From: an uncultured Verrucomicrobiota bacterium
GTDB taxonomy: Bacteria > Verrucomicrobiota > Verrucomicrobiia > Limisphaerales > SXQI01
Assembly: GCA_964566945.1 (NCBI GenBank)
Contig: CAZMKE010000005.1
Span: 265,343-329,342 of the forward strand
Length of the DNA stretch: 64,000 nucleotides
Reading direction: 5' to 3'
The notes under the pieces are model-generated. The model saw only the letters and a program-made list of their open reading frames with translations, was not told the origin of the DNA and did no database searches. A program made the position numbers and the translations under genes. Positions 35,636-44,602 of this stretch are shown piece by piece; the first letter of the stretch is position 1; every line of letters begins with the position of its first letter.

Positions 35636-37262
35636 CTATCCGGAACTCAGCGCGGCATCGAGAGGAAGGGCCAGCAAGGCGGTTTCGAGCGCCAGAACGA
35701 TCATCGGCACGAGCAGCGCGTCGGGGCCCAGCGCCACATAAAACGCCAGGATGAGAGGGCTGATCAGAAGCAACGCCGGCAAAGCCCCAAAAACCAGCCA
35801 GCACCAGCGCTGCCAGGAACGATCCGGTGATTTGGCTGCCCGCAGGATTCCACCCAGCACAAAGGCCAGCGGCCAAATCGTCACGTAGGAAGCGCCCGGG
35901 AGCCAGACGGCCGTGGCGACGGACAGGATCGCCCACCAAAGCAAGGCGGCAAACGCCAGATCCAAAGGGCGCAGCCACTTCCGCAACACCCGATGTCCGC
36001 CGAGGCCGAGAATCAGAGTCGCGAGGATTCCACATCCGAGGAAAGGCAGGCCAGAACGCCAGCCCGGCAGCTGCGGCCAGACCGCGCTGGCCAAGGGGGG
36101 AAGGCACCGGCAAACCGATCCGATTACGACAAAGATCGGAATCCAAGCCACAAACCCCACCGCCATTCCGCCCCAACTGGCCTGGCGGGTTCCCGCTTTC
36201 ACGCCGATAGCGGCCAGCAACGATAACGCACCGACCAACGCCAGCGGAATCGCCCAAGATCCGGGATACCAGACGAGGGCGCGGCTGAATAAATCGAAGT
36301 AAACGCTGTCCTCATTCTTCTCCTCGTGCGTCTGGCTTAAATCCGTCTGGCCAAACTGGCGCGCGAGTGAGAGCGCGTAGCTGCCCTGATGCTGGAGCGT
36401 AGCCCGGCTGAGGTGTTCCGGCGTATCGCCCGGCGAGTGGTAGATCCACGGCTCAGCGATAAAGGCAAAGTTCAACCCCGGCAACCCGCCCCGGCGAAAG
36501 ATTGTGAGGTCCGTATCGTTGGGCATATGCCGATACACCTCATACATTAGCGAATTGGCCGCTGGACGGGGCGCGGACCTGGCCAGTTGCCGAATCAGCC
36601 AGCGATTGCCCGCGCTGGTCTCGAACATATAGACCGGCCCGCTCGCGCCGCGGGCATCGAAATTCAGCACCACCGCCACCCGCCTGGCCCAAGGTGATTC
36701 AGCGACAAACGCCTGCGCTCCCAGCAGGCCGATTTCCTCTCCATCCGTAAAAACAAAGAAAATGTCATTCTCCAGCCCCGGACCCGCCTTAAGCGCCCGC
36801 GCCGTTTCGATCAACGTCGCCACCGCCGCGCCGTCATCGCCAGCCCCCGGACCGCGTTCGACCGAGTCGTGGTGGCAAACCAGAGCCACGGCGTTGGGCC
36901 CCGCTGTTCGAGTTGGTCCCGGCAGGCGCGCGATCAGGTTGATTCCGCGAACCTCCCGGGTTATTCAGGCGGTTTGTGAACGGCTGAGCCTCCACGCTCA
37001 ACCCGAGCGCCTCCAGTTGCGTGCTGATGTATTGCCGGACGATCCGATTCGCCTCCGAACCGGTGGGGCGCGGCTGCCCGGCAATCGCCCGCACATGGAC
37101 AAAGGCGCGCTCGGCGGAGAAAAGCTGAGGGCCGGCATCCGCCGGCAGCGGACGCGGCGGATGCAGGGAAACGACCGCCAGCCAGCTCAGAGCCAGGAAC
37201 AAGATCAAGAGCAACGCTGCCTGCAGCCGCGTCAACGCCATCGTTTGCGTCGTTTCCTGCAT
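35636..37262 (-). pseudogene. M28-family aminopeptidase with C-terminal polytopic membrane domain, interrupted by a frameshift near 36950-36967
   Basis: The N-terminal part lies in the frame of ORF 36834..37334 (MQETTQTMALTRLQAALLLILFLALSWLAVV...FSAERAFVHVRAIAGQPRPTGSEANRIVRQYISTQLEALGLSVEAQPFTNRLNNPG). The peptidase continues in the frame of ORF 35636..36889, which is open upstream to 36964 (ITREVRGINLIARLPGPTRTAGPNAVALVCHHDSVERGPGAGDDGAAVATLIE...FVFTDGEEIGLLGAQAF). The two frames overlap only at 36834-36964. Confidence 0.7.
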
Positions 37263-37405
37263 CCCGCCACTCTTGTGGGACTTTCGCGCCTGGCAAGCGT
37301 TATCGCGTCCTCTCCCAGCTCCCAAAGCCTGCATTCTCCAACCCCGGACAATTCAGCCTCTCCCGCTTGAAAGTCTCCCGCCCACCGGGCAGTGTCTCCG
37401 CGGGA

Positions 37406-38680
37406 ATGTCTCGTCTGCCGTTTGAACTCCAGCTTGCGCTCCGGTATCTGCGTCCGAAACGGACGTTTGTCTCGGTTATCACCCTCATCTCGATCATCGG
37501 GGTGATGCTGGGCGTGGCGGTGCTGATCATCGTGATCAGCGTCATGACCGGCTTCGACAAGGAATTGCGCGATAAGATTCTCGGGTTTGATCCGCATCTC
37601 CGCCTGACCCACTACACCAATCGACCGCTGAAGAATTACCGGGAGATCGCGCAAGCCGTGGCCACGAACGACAACGTCAAAGCGGTGGCTCCCTACATCT
37701 CGCAGCAGGTCTTTGTGCGCACGCAGCCGGAGTTCGGCGAACCCTCTTATGCTGCCCAGTTCATCCGCGGGATTGACCCTAAAATGGAGGGGGGAATCAG
37801 CGTCATTCCGACCAGCGTGGTCGAGGGGGAATTTAACCTGCGCGGCAATCGCATCCTGGTCGGCCGGGTGTTCGCGCAAAGCATGAACCTGCACGTCGGC
37901 GATCGAGTGGTGCTGATGTCCGGACGCGATCTCGAAGCCCTGGCCAAAGCCCGCAAAGATGAGAAAGCCGACGCGGTGGTGCCGGACGATTTCGAAATCG
38001 CCGGGATCTTTGACGTGGGCCATTACGAATACAACGCGGCCTTTATTGTGATGTCCCTCGTCACCGCCCAGGAATTGTACGGGATGGGCGAAGGCGTGAG
38101 CGGGCTTTCGGTGATGTTGCGCAACCCGGAAGTCGCGGCGGACGTCCAAAAGCAACTGACCAAGCTGATCGGCGCGGACATCGTCGTTTCCACCTGGCTG
38201 GAGGAACATTCCACCTTTCTCGACGCGCTGGTCGTGGAAAAGAACGTCATGTTCTACCTGCTCTTTTTCATCATGATTGTCGCCGCCTTTGGCATCATGA
38301 GCGCGCAAATCACTTTCGTGGTGCAGAAAACCCGAGAGATTGGGATGCTCAAGGCGCTAGGGGCGTCGAGTTTTCAGATCATGTCGGTCTTCCTGAGTCA
38401 AAGCCTGATGGTTGGCCTGATTGGCGTTTCGGTTGGACTTGGGCTGGGCCGCCTGGCGGTCGGCTACCGCAACGAGTTTCTCGGACTGATGCGCCAGCTA
38501 TTCCATTACGAACTCTTCCCGGCGAAGCTCTACATGTTCAGCCAACTGCCGGCGCTGATCGTCCCGCGGGATGTCGCGGTGATCTGCGGGGCATCGTTGA
38601 TCATCTGCGTCCTGGCCGGATTGTTCCCGGCGGTGAACGCCGCCCGGTTGCACCCGGTGGAAGCCCTGCGGCATGAGTGA
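37406..38680 (+). CDS. LolC/LolE-family lipoprotein-release ABC permease (FtsX/MacB type)
   Basis: Part of ORF 37367..38680; the start is at MSRLPFELQLALRYLRPKRTFVSVITLISIIGVMLGVAVLIIVISVMTGF. A large periplasmic loop is followed by the C-terminal FtsX-type TM bundle (IGMLKALGASSFQIMSVFLSQSLMVGLIG). Confidence 0.85.
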   Translation: MSRLPFELQLALRYLRPKRTFVSVITLISIIGVMLGVAVLIIVISVMTGFDKELRDKILGFDPHLRLTHYTNRPLKNYREIAQAVATNDNVKAVAPYISQQVFVRTQPEFGEPSYAAQFIRGIDPKMEGGISVIPTSVVEGEFNLRGNRILVGRVFAQSMNLHVGDRVVLMSGRDLEALAKARKDEKADAVVPDDFEIAGIFDVGHYEYNAAFIVMSLVTAQELYGMGEGVSGLSVMLRNPEVAADVQKQLTKLIGADIVVSTWLEEHSTFLDALVVEKNVMFYLLFFIMIVAAFGIMSAQITFVVQKTREIGMLKALGASSFQIMSVFLSQSLMVGLIGVSVGLGLGRLAVGYRNEFLGLMRQLFHYELFPAKLYMFSQLPALIVPRDVAVICGASLIICVLAGLFPAVNAARLHPVEALRHE

Positions 38681-39353
38681 TCCCCTTTTGATCGCGCGCG
38701 ACCTGCGCAAGCGCTACACGCTTGGCCGGCGGGATGTCGAAGTGCTCCGCGGCGTGAGCGTGGAGATTCACGCTGGCGAGTTCGTGGCCCTCCGGGGGGC
38801 ATCCGGCGCGGGGAAAAGCACGCTGCTCCACCTGCTGGGCGGGCTCGATACTCCGGACTCCGGCGAGATCATTGTGTCCGGCCAAAACCTGGCTCGCATT
38901 TCCAGTGCCGCCCTTTCCCGCTTTCGCACCGAGCGAATCGGCTTCATCTTCCAGGCTTACCATTTGCTGCCGGAATTTGACGCGCTGGAAAACGTCAGCA
39001 TCCCGGGCCGCATCGCCCGCCACTCCGGACAGAATGTCCAGGCCCGTGCGCGCTCGCTGCTGGAACGGGTCGGCCTGGGCGCCCGTCTCGACCATCGGCC
39101 GTACGAACTCTCCGGCGGGGAACAGCAGCGCGTAGCTATCGCGCGCGCCCTAATCAATCAGCCGAGCGTCATTATCGCCGACGAACCGACCGGCAATCTC
39201 GATTCACACACCGGCCAGGAAATCCTGGGCCTGCTGCAGGAAATTCGCGCGGAACTGAACACCACCTTGCTCATTGCCACGCACGACCTGCAGGTGGCCA
39301 ACAGCGCGCCCCGCCTGATTCGGCTGGTAGACGGCCAAATCGAAGCCGCCTGA
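38673..39353 (+). CDS. lolD: lipoprotein-release ABC transporter ATP-binding protein
   Basis: 226 aa, overlapping the permease stop by 8 nt. Walker A is GASGAGKSTLL. Other motifs: Q-loop, signature LSGGEQQRVAIARAL, Walker B VIIADEPTGNLD. Confidence 0.85.
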   Translation: MSDPLLIARDLRKRYTLGRRDVEVLRGVSVEIHAGEFVALRGASGAGKSTLLHLLGGLDTPDSGEIIVSGQNLARISSAALSRFRTERIGFIFQAYHLLPEFDALENVSIPGRIARHSGQNVQARARSLLERVGLGARLDHRPYELSGGEQQRVAIARALINQPSVIIADEPTGNLDSHTGQEILGLLQEIRAELNTTLLIATHDLQVANSAPRLIRLVDGQIEAA

Positions 39354-39379
39354 GTCGAGACTGGGCCCGGCGCGGCGGG

Positions 39380-41662
39380 CTAAGCCGTCTTTCCACGCAG
39401 GATCTTCTCCCGCGCCACAAAGTAGAGAAAGAGGATCAGGAGAATAAAGGGGATCATCGCCAGCGCATCCGAATTCGGCCCTTCGGCAAAGGGATTGTTC
39501 TTGGCCAGGGCTGAGAAATAGGCGTCCACGCTCTCCAGCGCTCCGGCAAGAATGGCAATCACGATGCCGGCAATCGCGCCGCCGGCGATGTAACCTGAAG
39601 CGCAAAGGACGCCGGGGCTGCGATCCGCGTCAGCAGCCAACTCATCCTCGCTGAGCTTGCGCCCCGCCAACTCGCGACGCCGGCGGCGATCCACGATCCA
39701 ACGGACGAGGCCGCCCACAAAGACCGGCGCGGAAGTCGCCAGAGGCAGATAGACCCCGACCGCGAACGCGAGGGAGCCCACACCGCACAACTCCAAAACC
39801 ACGGAGATCATGACGCCGAGCAGCACCAAGCCCCAAGGAAGATGACGATCCAGAATGCCCTTGATGATATACGACATGAGCGTCGCCTTCGGCGCTTCAA
39901 ACTTCCGAACGGCGGTCCCGTCCGGCCGCTTCAGCACCGTGCCGTTGATCCCGGGATCAACGAAGTAAACCGCGTCGCCCGTTTCGTTAACCAGGTATTT
40001 GCCCGCCGGACCGTTGTTCGCGTCCGTCTTATGCCAGACGTAATAGCTGTTCTTGTCACCCACCGCCTGCGGGCCGTGCAGCGACTGGCGTGTCTTATCC
40101 AACCGGGCCGGGTCGACATGCAGCCCCGGCGCCAGATCCTTGGCGGGGACGAATACCGTCGCATTATCGTTCAGCTTGAGCAGGATCGGCCCGAGCATCA
40201 AAGCCGAGGCTAAAACGCCGAAAAGAATGGCGATCTGCTGATATTTCGGAGTTCCCCCCACGAGAAAACCGGTCTTTAAATCCTGCGAAATCGTCCCGCC
40301 ATTGGAGGAGGCGATGCAAACGATCGCCCCGACGGAGAGGGCGGTCACGTAGTAGCGAGCTTCCGTCCACCCCAGCGCCAGGAAGACCAGGCTGGTGAGC
40401 AAGAGAGTGGCGACCGTCATGCCCGAGATCGGGTTGGACGAGGAGCCGATCTCGCCGGTCAACCGGGAGGAAACCGTCACAAAGAGAAAGCCAAACCCCA
40501 CGATCAGGATCGCGCCCAAAGCATTCATGTGGAGCTTGGGCGCGAAGGTGATGGCGAGCACCAATGCGATGATTCCGGCAAACACCAGGTTCATCGGCAG
40601 ATCATGTTGTGTGCGGATGTGCGTCGTCCCCGCGCCTTTGGACCCGCCCACATCCCGGAGCCCCTCGCGAATACCGTGCCAGATCAGCGGCAGGGACCGG
40701 ATCAAACTGATGATGCCGCCGGCCGCCACCGCGCCCGCGCCAATGTAAAGAATGTAGGCGCCGCGGATTTCTCCGGGCCCCATCTGGGCAATCGGGACTT
40801 TGCCGGGCTCCAGCGCCTGAGGAATCGCGTCGCCGAAAAACTTGATCATCGGAATCAGGACGAGGTAGGCGAGCACGCCGCCCGCCGCCATGATGGAAGC
40901 GATTTGCGGCCCGATAATGTAGCCAATGCCGAGCAACTCCGGCGAAATCTCCGCACCGACCGAAGCGCCCTTGAACCAATTCCCGAGCAGCTTCTCTGGC
41001 GTATTCTTCCAGAATTTGAGCGCTTCCATCCCGACCTTGTAGGCCAAGCCCACGCCAAAACCGCCAAAGATCGTCAACGCGCTGGTCCCCCGGTCGGCCA
41101 CCGAACTCTTGCCGGCAGTCTCCCGCCACTCCGGCGATGCCAGGGCTCGGGACTCGGCCGAGGCGCCAGCCTTGAGCACTTCCGCACAAGCCGTTCCCTC
41201 TGGATACTTCAGCAGTCCATGCTGCTGCACGATCAAGGCGCGCCGGAGCGGGATCATCATTAACACCCCAAGCAGCCCCCCCAGAACGGCCACCAGCGCG
41301 ACCCGCGTGGTTTCCAGATCAAACCCGAGGATCATAATCGCCGGCATGGTGACACCCACTCCGAATGCGAGCGATTCCCCGGCCGAGCCGGCCGTCTGCA
41401 CAATGTTATGCTCCAGGATCGTTGCATCCTTGATACCGAACTTTGAGAGCACGCGAAAAAGGGTGATCGAGATCACCGCCACGGGAATCGAAGCACTGAC
41501 GGTAATTCCGACCTTCAGGACCAGATAAAGGGACGAAGCTCCGAAGATCATCCCGAGAATCGTGCCGGTCAGCACCGCTCGGATGGAAAACTCCCGCACC
41601 TTCGCTTCCGGACCGATGTACGGATGATAGTGGGTCGGGTCGCTGCCGCGGTCAGTCACCAT
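39380..41662 (-). CDS. OPT-family oligopeptide transporter
   Basis: 760-aa polytopic membrane protein. The N-terminus ([43 protein letters not shown]), length and overall architecture are typical of the bacterial OPT superfamily. Confidence 0.85.
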   Translation of the reverse strand: MVTDRGSDPTHYHPYIGPEAKVREFSIRAVLTGTILGMIFGASSLYLVLKVGITVSASIPVAVISITLFRVLSKFGIKDATILEHNIVQTAGSAGESLAFGVGVTMPAIMILGFDLETTRVALVAVLGGLLGVLMMIPLRRALIVQQHGLLKYPEGTACAEVLKAGASAESRALASPEWRETAGKSSVADRGTSALTIFGGFGVGLAYKVGMEALKFWKNTPEKLLGNWFKGASVGAEISPELLGIGYIIGPQIASIMAAGGVLAYLVLIPMIKFFGDAIPQALEPGKVPIAQMGPGEIRGAYILYIGAGAVAAGGIISLIRSLPLIWHGIREGLRDVGGSKGAGTTHIRTQHDLPMNLVFAGIIALVLAITFAPKLHMNALGAILIVGFGFLFVTVSSRLTGEIGSSSNPISGMTVATLLLTSLVFLALGWTEARYYVTALSVGAIVCIASSNGGTISQDLKTGFLVGGTPKYQQIAILFGVLASALMLGPILLKLNDNATVFVPAKDLAPGLHVDPARLDKTRQSLHGPQAVGDKNSYYVWHKTDANNGPAGKYLVNETGDAVYFVDPGINGTVLKRPDGTAVRKFEAPKATLMSYIIKGILDRHLPWGLVLLGVMISVVLELCGVGSLAFAVGVYLPLATSAPVFVGGLVRWIVDRRRRRELAGRKLSEDELAADADRSPGVLCASGYIAGGAIAGIVIAILAGALESVDAYFSALAKNNPFAEGPNSDALAMIPFILLILFLYFVAREKILRGKTA

Positions 41663-41779
41663 GCTCGTTCTCTCCCGTGTTGGTTGGCGGACATGCGAGA
41701 AATAGTATCCGCCTCCCCCAAGACGGCAAGCCCGCGCCCAAACGGGAAAACGGTGACGGGTGGCAGCCCCGCAAATTGG

Positions 41780-41805
41780 CCTTTCACCCGCCGAAGGGTG
41801 AAAGG
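41780..41805. other. perfect 10-bp hairpin in the divergent OPT / histidine-kinase intergenic region
   Basis: CCTTTCACCC (41780-41789), loop GCCGAA, GGGTGAAAGG (41796-41805). The flanking genes are divergent, so this is not a terminator for either of them. Confidence 0.3.
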
Positions 41806-42010
41806 AAAATCTCAGGGCATCGTTGCGCGCAAGCTTTGGAGATCGACGCCAGCAGCAGCCTCGGTAGGCTTTGACCCAATTGAACGGCCGAACTCACCAA
41901 CGCACGATGCATCAGGGTGATAGTTCCGGGCGACCGGGGCGCTCCGTCCGTATTCCTTCGCTTCCCGCAGGAAGGAGCGCAGTTCAGCAAAGCTCTAAGG
42001 TCCTGGTGAA

Positions 42011-43180
42011 ATGAAACGAACAATCAGTCTTTTGGCGCGCCGATACGAATCTGCGCTCCGGGTGCATCTAAAGGCCGGGAGATCCTCCCCGCTGCGGAGC
42101 GCGGCGAGTTTGGGGCGGCAGGCGGCGTCGCTCGGCCTAGAGACGCTGGACCTGGCACGAATTCATGAGCGCGCGTTGATCAACAGCTTTGCGTCACAAG
42201 CCGCGACTGGCCGGCAAGCGGCCTTGATCCAAAGGGCCCAGCTATTCTTTATTGAAGTCATCACTCCGATTGAGCAAACCCACCAGGGCGCGCGCGATGC
42301 CGCCGTTCAGTCGAAGCAATTGAATAAAACCCTAAGAAGGCGCACAGCGGAACTGGCGGCCTCAAACGAGGAGCTCCGACACGAGATCGAGCGGCGGGCC
42401 GAAATCGAAACGGCGCTGCGGACAAGCGAACGGCATTATAGCCAATCCTTGAAGGAATCGGCGCGCCTGCAGGAGCAACTGCGCTATCTCTCCCACCAGA
42501 TTCTATCCACGCAAGAGGAGGAGCGAAAGAAGATCAGCCGCGAACTGCATGATCAGATCGCGACGACGCTGGCGGCAATAGACCTTCAGTTAAATGCGCT
42601 AAAGCGGGAGGCCATTGGAAGCAGCACAATTCTGCGGAGGAAAATTGCCCGCACGCAACACCTGGTGAAGAACTCGGTGGAGATCATTCACCGTTTCGCG
42701 CGCGACTTGCGCCCGCCGACTCTGGACGATCTGGGCCTGATCCCGGCGCTTCATTCCCTGGCCAAGGCCTTCTCGAAGAGGACCGGCATCCGCGTTCGGT
42801 TAAACGTGTTCGCAGGAGTGGAGGAACTCAGCAATGCGAAGCGAACCGTCCTCTACCGCGTGGCTCAGGAAGCCCTCGCCAACGTGGCCAAGCATTCCCG
42901 AGCCACCCGAGTGCAGATGAACATTCTTAAACTCAGCGACGCGGTCGCGTTGAGCATCAACGACGATGGCAAGTCATTTTCGGTCCAAAGGGTCTTGTCC
43001 AACCGGAAAAACCGGCGATTGGGATTGCTGGGAATGCGCGAGCGGGTGGAGATGGTCGGAGGTAAATTCGCCCTCGAATCGGAGCCCCGCAAAGGAACCA
43101 CCGTTCATGCCACCATTCCTCTGAGGGATCCCAGCAGCGGAAAGCCGCCCCGGAACCCAACGTCCCACGATTCAATATGA
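42011..43180 (+). CDS. cytoplasmic sensor histidine kinase (HisKA_3 / HATPase_c, NarL-partner type) with RsbU_N-like N-terminal domain
   Basis: 389 aa with no TM segment. The N-terminal part LGRQAASLGLETLDLARIHERAL is followed by a coiled coil. The H-box is EEERKKISRELHDQIATTL. Other motifs: RFARDLRPPTLDDLGLIPAL, QEALANVAKHS, DDGKSF, LGLLGMRERVEMVGG. Confidence 0.85.
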   Translation: MKRTISLLARRYESALRVHLKAGRSSPLRSAASLGRQAASLGLETLDLARIHERALINSFASQAATGRQAALIQRAQLFFIEVITPIEQTHQGARDAAVQSKQLNKTLRRRTAELAASNEELRHEIERRAEIETALRTSERHYSQSLKESARLQEQLRYLSHQILSTQEEERKKISRELHDQIATTLAAIDLQLNALKREAIGSSTILRRKIARTQHLVKNSVEIIHRFARDLRPPTLDDLGLIPALHSLAKAFSKRTGIRVRLNVFAGVEELSNAKRTVLYRVAQEALANVAKHSRATRVQMNILKLSDAVALSINDDGKSFSVQRVLSNRKNRRLGLLGMRERVEMVGGKFALESEPRKGTTVHATIPLRDPSSGKPPRNPTSHDSI

Positions 43181-43848
43181 AGAGAATCACCGTTTTACTG
43201 GCGGAAGATCACGCCATCGTCCGCGAGGGCCTGCGGAACTTGCTGGAAGCGGAGGAGGACTTCGAGGTGGTGGGAGAGGCGGAGAACGGGCGGAGCGCAG
43301 TGGAGTTAGCCCGGAAACTTCGGCCCCGCGTGGTGGTCATGGACATCGCGATGCCTTTGCTAAATGGGGTGGAAGCCACCCGGCAGATCCTCCAGCGGGC
43401 GCCCGAGACGCGGATACTTATCCTCTCGGCGCACAGCGATGACGCCTACATCCAGCATCTGAATACGCTCGGAGTCGCCGGGTTTTTGATCAAACAAACA
43501 TCCTCCCACGTCCTGGCCAAAGCCATTCGGGAGGCAGCGAAAGGGAAAACCTTTTATGGCCCCTCGATTACTCCCCGGCTCGCAGCGCAAAAGACGGAGC
43601 CTCTGGGGAAGACCGGCAAAGCGGCGGTGGCCCGGCTCACGTCGCGCGAGATGGAAGTCCTCCAGTTGATCGCGGAAGGGCAGGCGAACAAACAAATTGG
43701 CCAGGAACTGGGCATCAGCATCAAAACTGTCGAAAAGCACCGGCAGAATGTGATGGACAAACTGCGCATCCACGACACCGCCGGCCTGACCCGCTACGCG
43801 ATTGGCGCCGGGATCATCGAAAGCAGCGTGCAGTTAACCATCGTTTAG
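43177..43848 (+). CDS. NarL/FixJ-family response regulator (REC + LuxR HTH)
   Basis: 223 aa, overlapping the kinase stop by 4 nt. Motifs: VLLAEDHAIVREGL, VVVMDIAMPLLNG, LTSREMEVLQLIAEGQANKQIGQELGISIKTVEKHRQNVMDKL. Confidence 0.9.
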   Translation: MKRITVLLAEDHAIVREGLRNLLEAEEDFEVVGEAENGRSAVELARKLRPRVVVMDIAMPLLNGVEATRQILQRAPETRILILSAHSDDAYIQHLNTLGVAGFLIKQTSSHVLAKAIREAAKGKTFYGPSITPRLAAQKTEPLGKTGKAAVARLTSREMEVLQLIAEGQANKQIGQELGISIKTVEKHRQNVMDKLRIHDTAGLTRYAIGAGIIESSVQLTIV

Positions 43849-44042
43849 CTTCGATCAAGCCGGACCGGTCCGCTGGTGAAAAGGTGGACAGCCTTCCAAC
43901 GCCGCGCGGTTAAGGTTCGTGTTTCGCTCGAGGAGCGTGATCGCAAATCGTCCCGTGGCGAGGGCGTTGTTCAGGGAGATTCAGGACAGTGCCCGGCGGC
44001 GCGGGATTGACGGCGGCTGTTTCTCTTCTAACCTGCGCAGAC

Positions 44043-44579
44043 ATGGAAGCACCGGAAGTTCCCACGGAACATCTTCACGAAGAGATGCAGCATGCGTCGC
44101 ACGGCGTGGGCTGGATGATGAAGGTGGCGCTGAGTTCAGCCTTTACGGCAGCGTTGGCCGCCGTGGCCTCCCTCAAGGCTGGCCACACCGCCAATGAATC
44201 GATGCTGGCGCAGGTGGAAAGCGCCAATCAGTGGAGTTTCTACCAGGCCAAAAGCATCAAAGCCAGCGTCCTTCGCAGCAAGATGGACGTCCTGGCGGCG
44301 CTGGGCAAACCGGTGAGCGAAAAGGACGAATCCAAGGCGCGCGAATACGAGAAGGATCAGGAGGAAATCAAGAAGCACGCCGAATCGCTCGCCGAGGAGT
44401 CACGGGAGCACCTTCATCAGCACAAGCCTCTTTCCCATGCCGTCACTTTTTTCCAGATCTCGATCGCCGTGTCCGCCATGAGCGTGCTGGTGAAAAAGCG
44501 CGGCCTGTGGGGAGTCAGCCTGATCTTCGGCGCCGTCGGCGTGATTTTCCTCGCCATCGGCTACCTGCATCACCATTAG
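44043..44579 (+). CDS. DUF4337 domain protein
   Basis: Part of ORF 43989..44579; the start is at MEAPEVPTEHLHEEMQ. The pattern KVALSSAFTAALAAVASLKAGHTANE...ANQWSFYQAKSIKA is followed by a charged helix and a C-terminal TM pair, as in DUF4337 (family call from memory). Confidence 0.7.
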   Translation: MEAPEVPTEHLHEEMQHASHGVGWMMKVALSSAFTAALAAVASLKAGHTANESMLAQVESANQWSFYQAKSIKASVLRSKMDVLAALGKPVSEKDESKAREYEKDQEEIKKHAESLAEESREHLHQHKPLSHAVTFFQISIAVSAMSVLVKKRGLWGVSLIFGAVGVIFLAIGYLHHH

Positions 44580-44602
44580 GGGCCATCAGGGGCGCTCCCG
44601 GC

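Noticed and set aside
36950-36967. Programmed ribosomal frameshift in the M28 peptidase gene
   Set aside because: I saw no slippery heptamer or downstream pseudoknot-like structure. The site is a short C/G run, so an indel (mutation or sequencing error) is the simpler explanation. It remains listed as a finding for verification.
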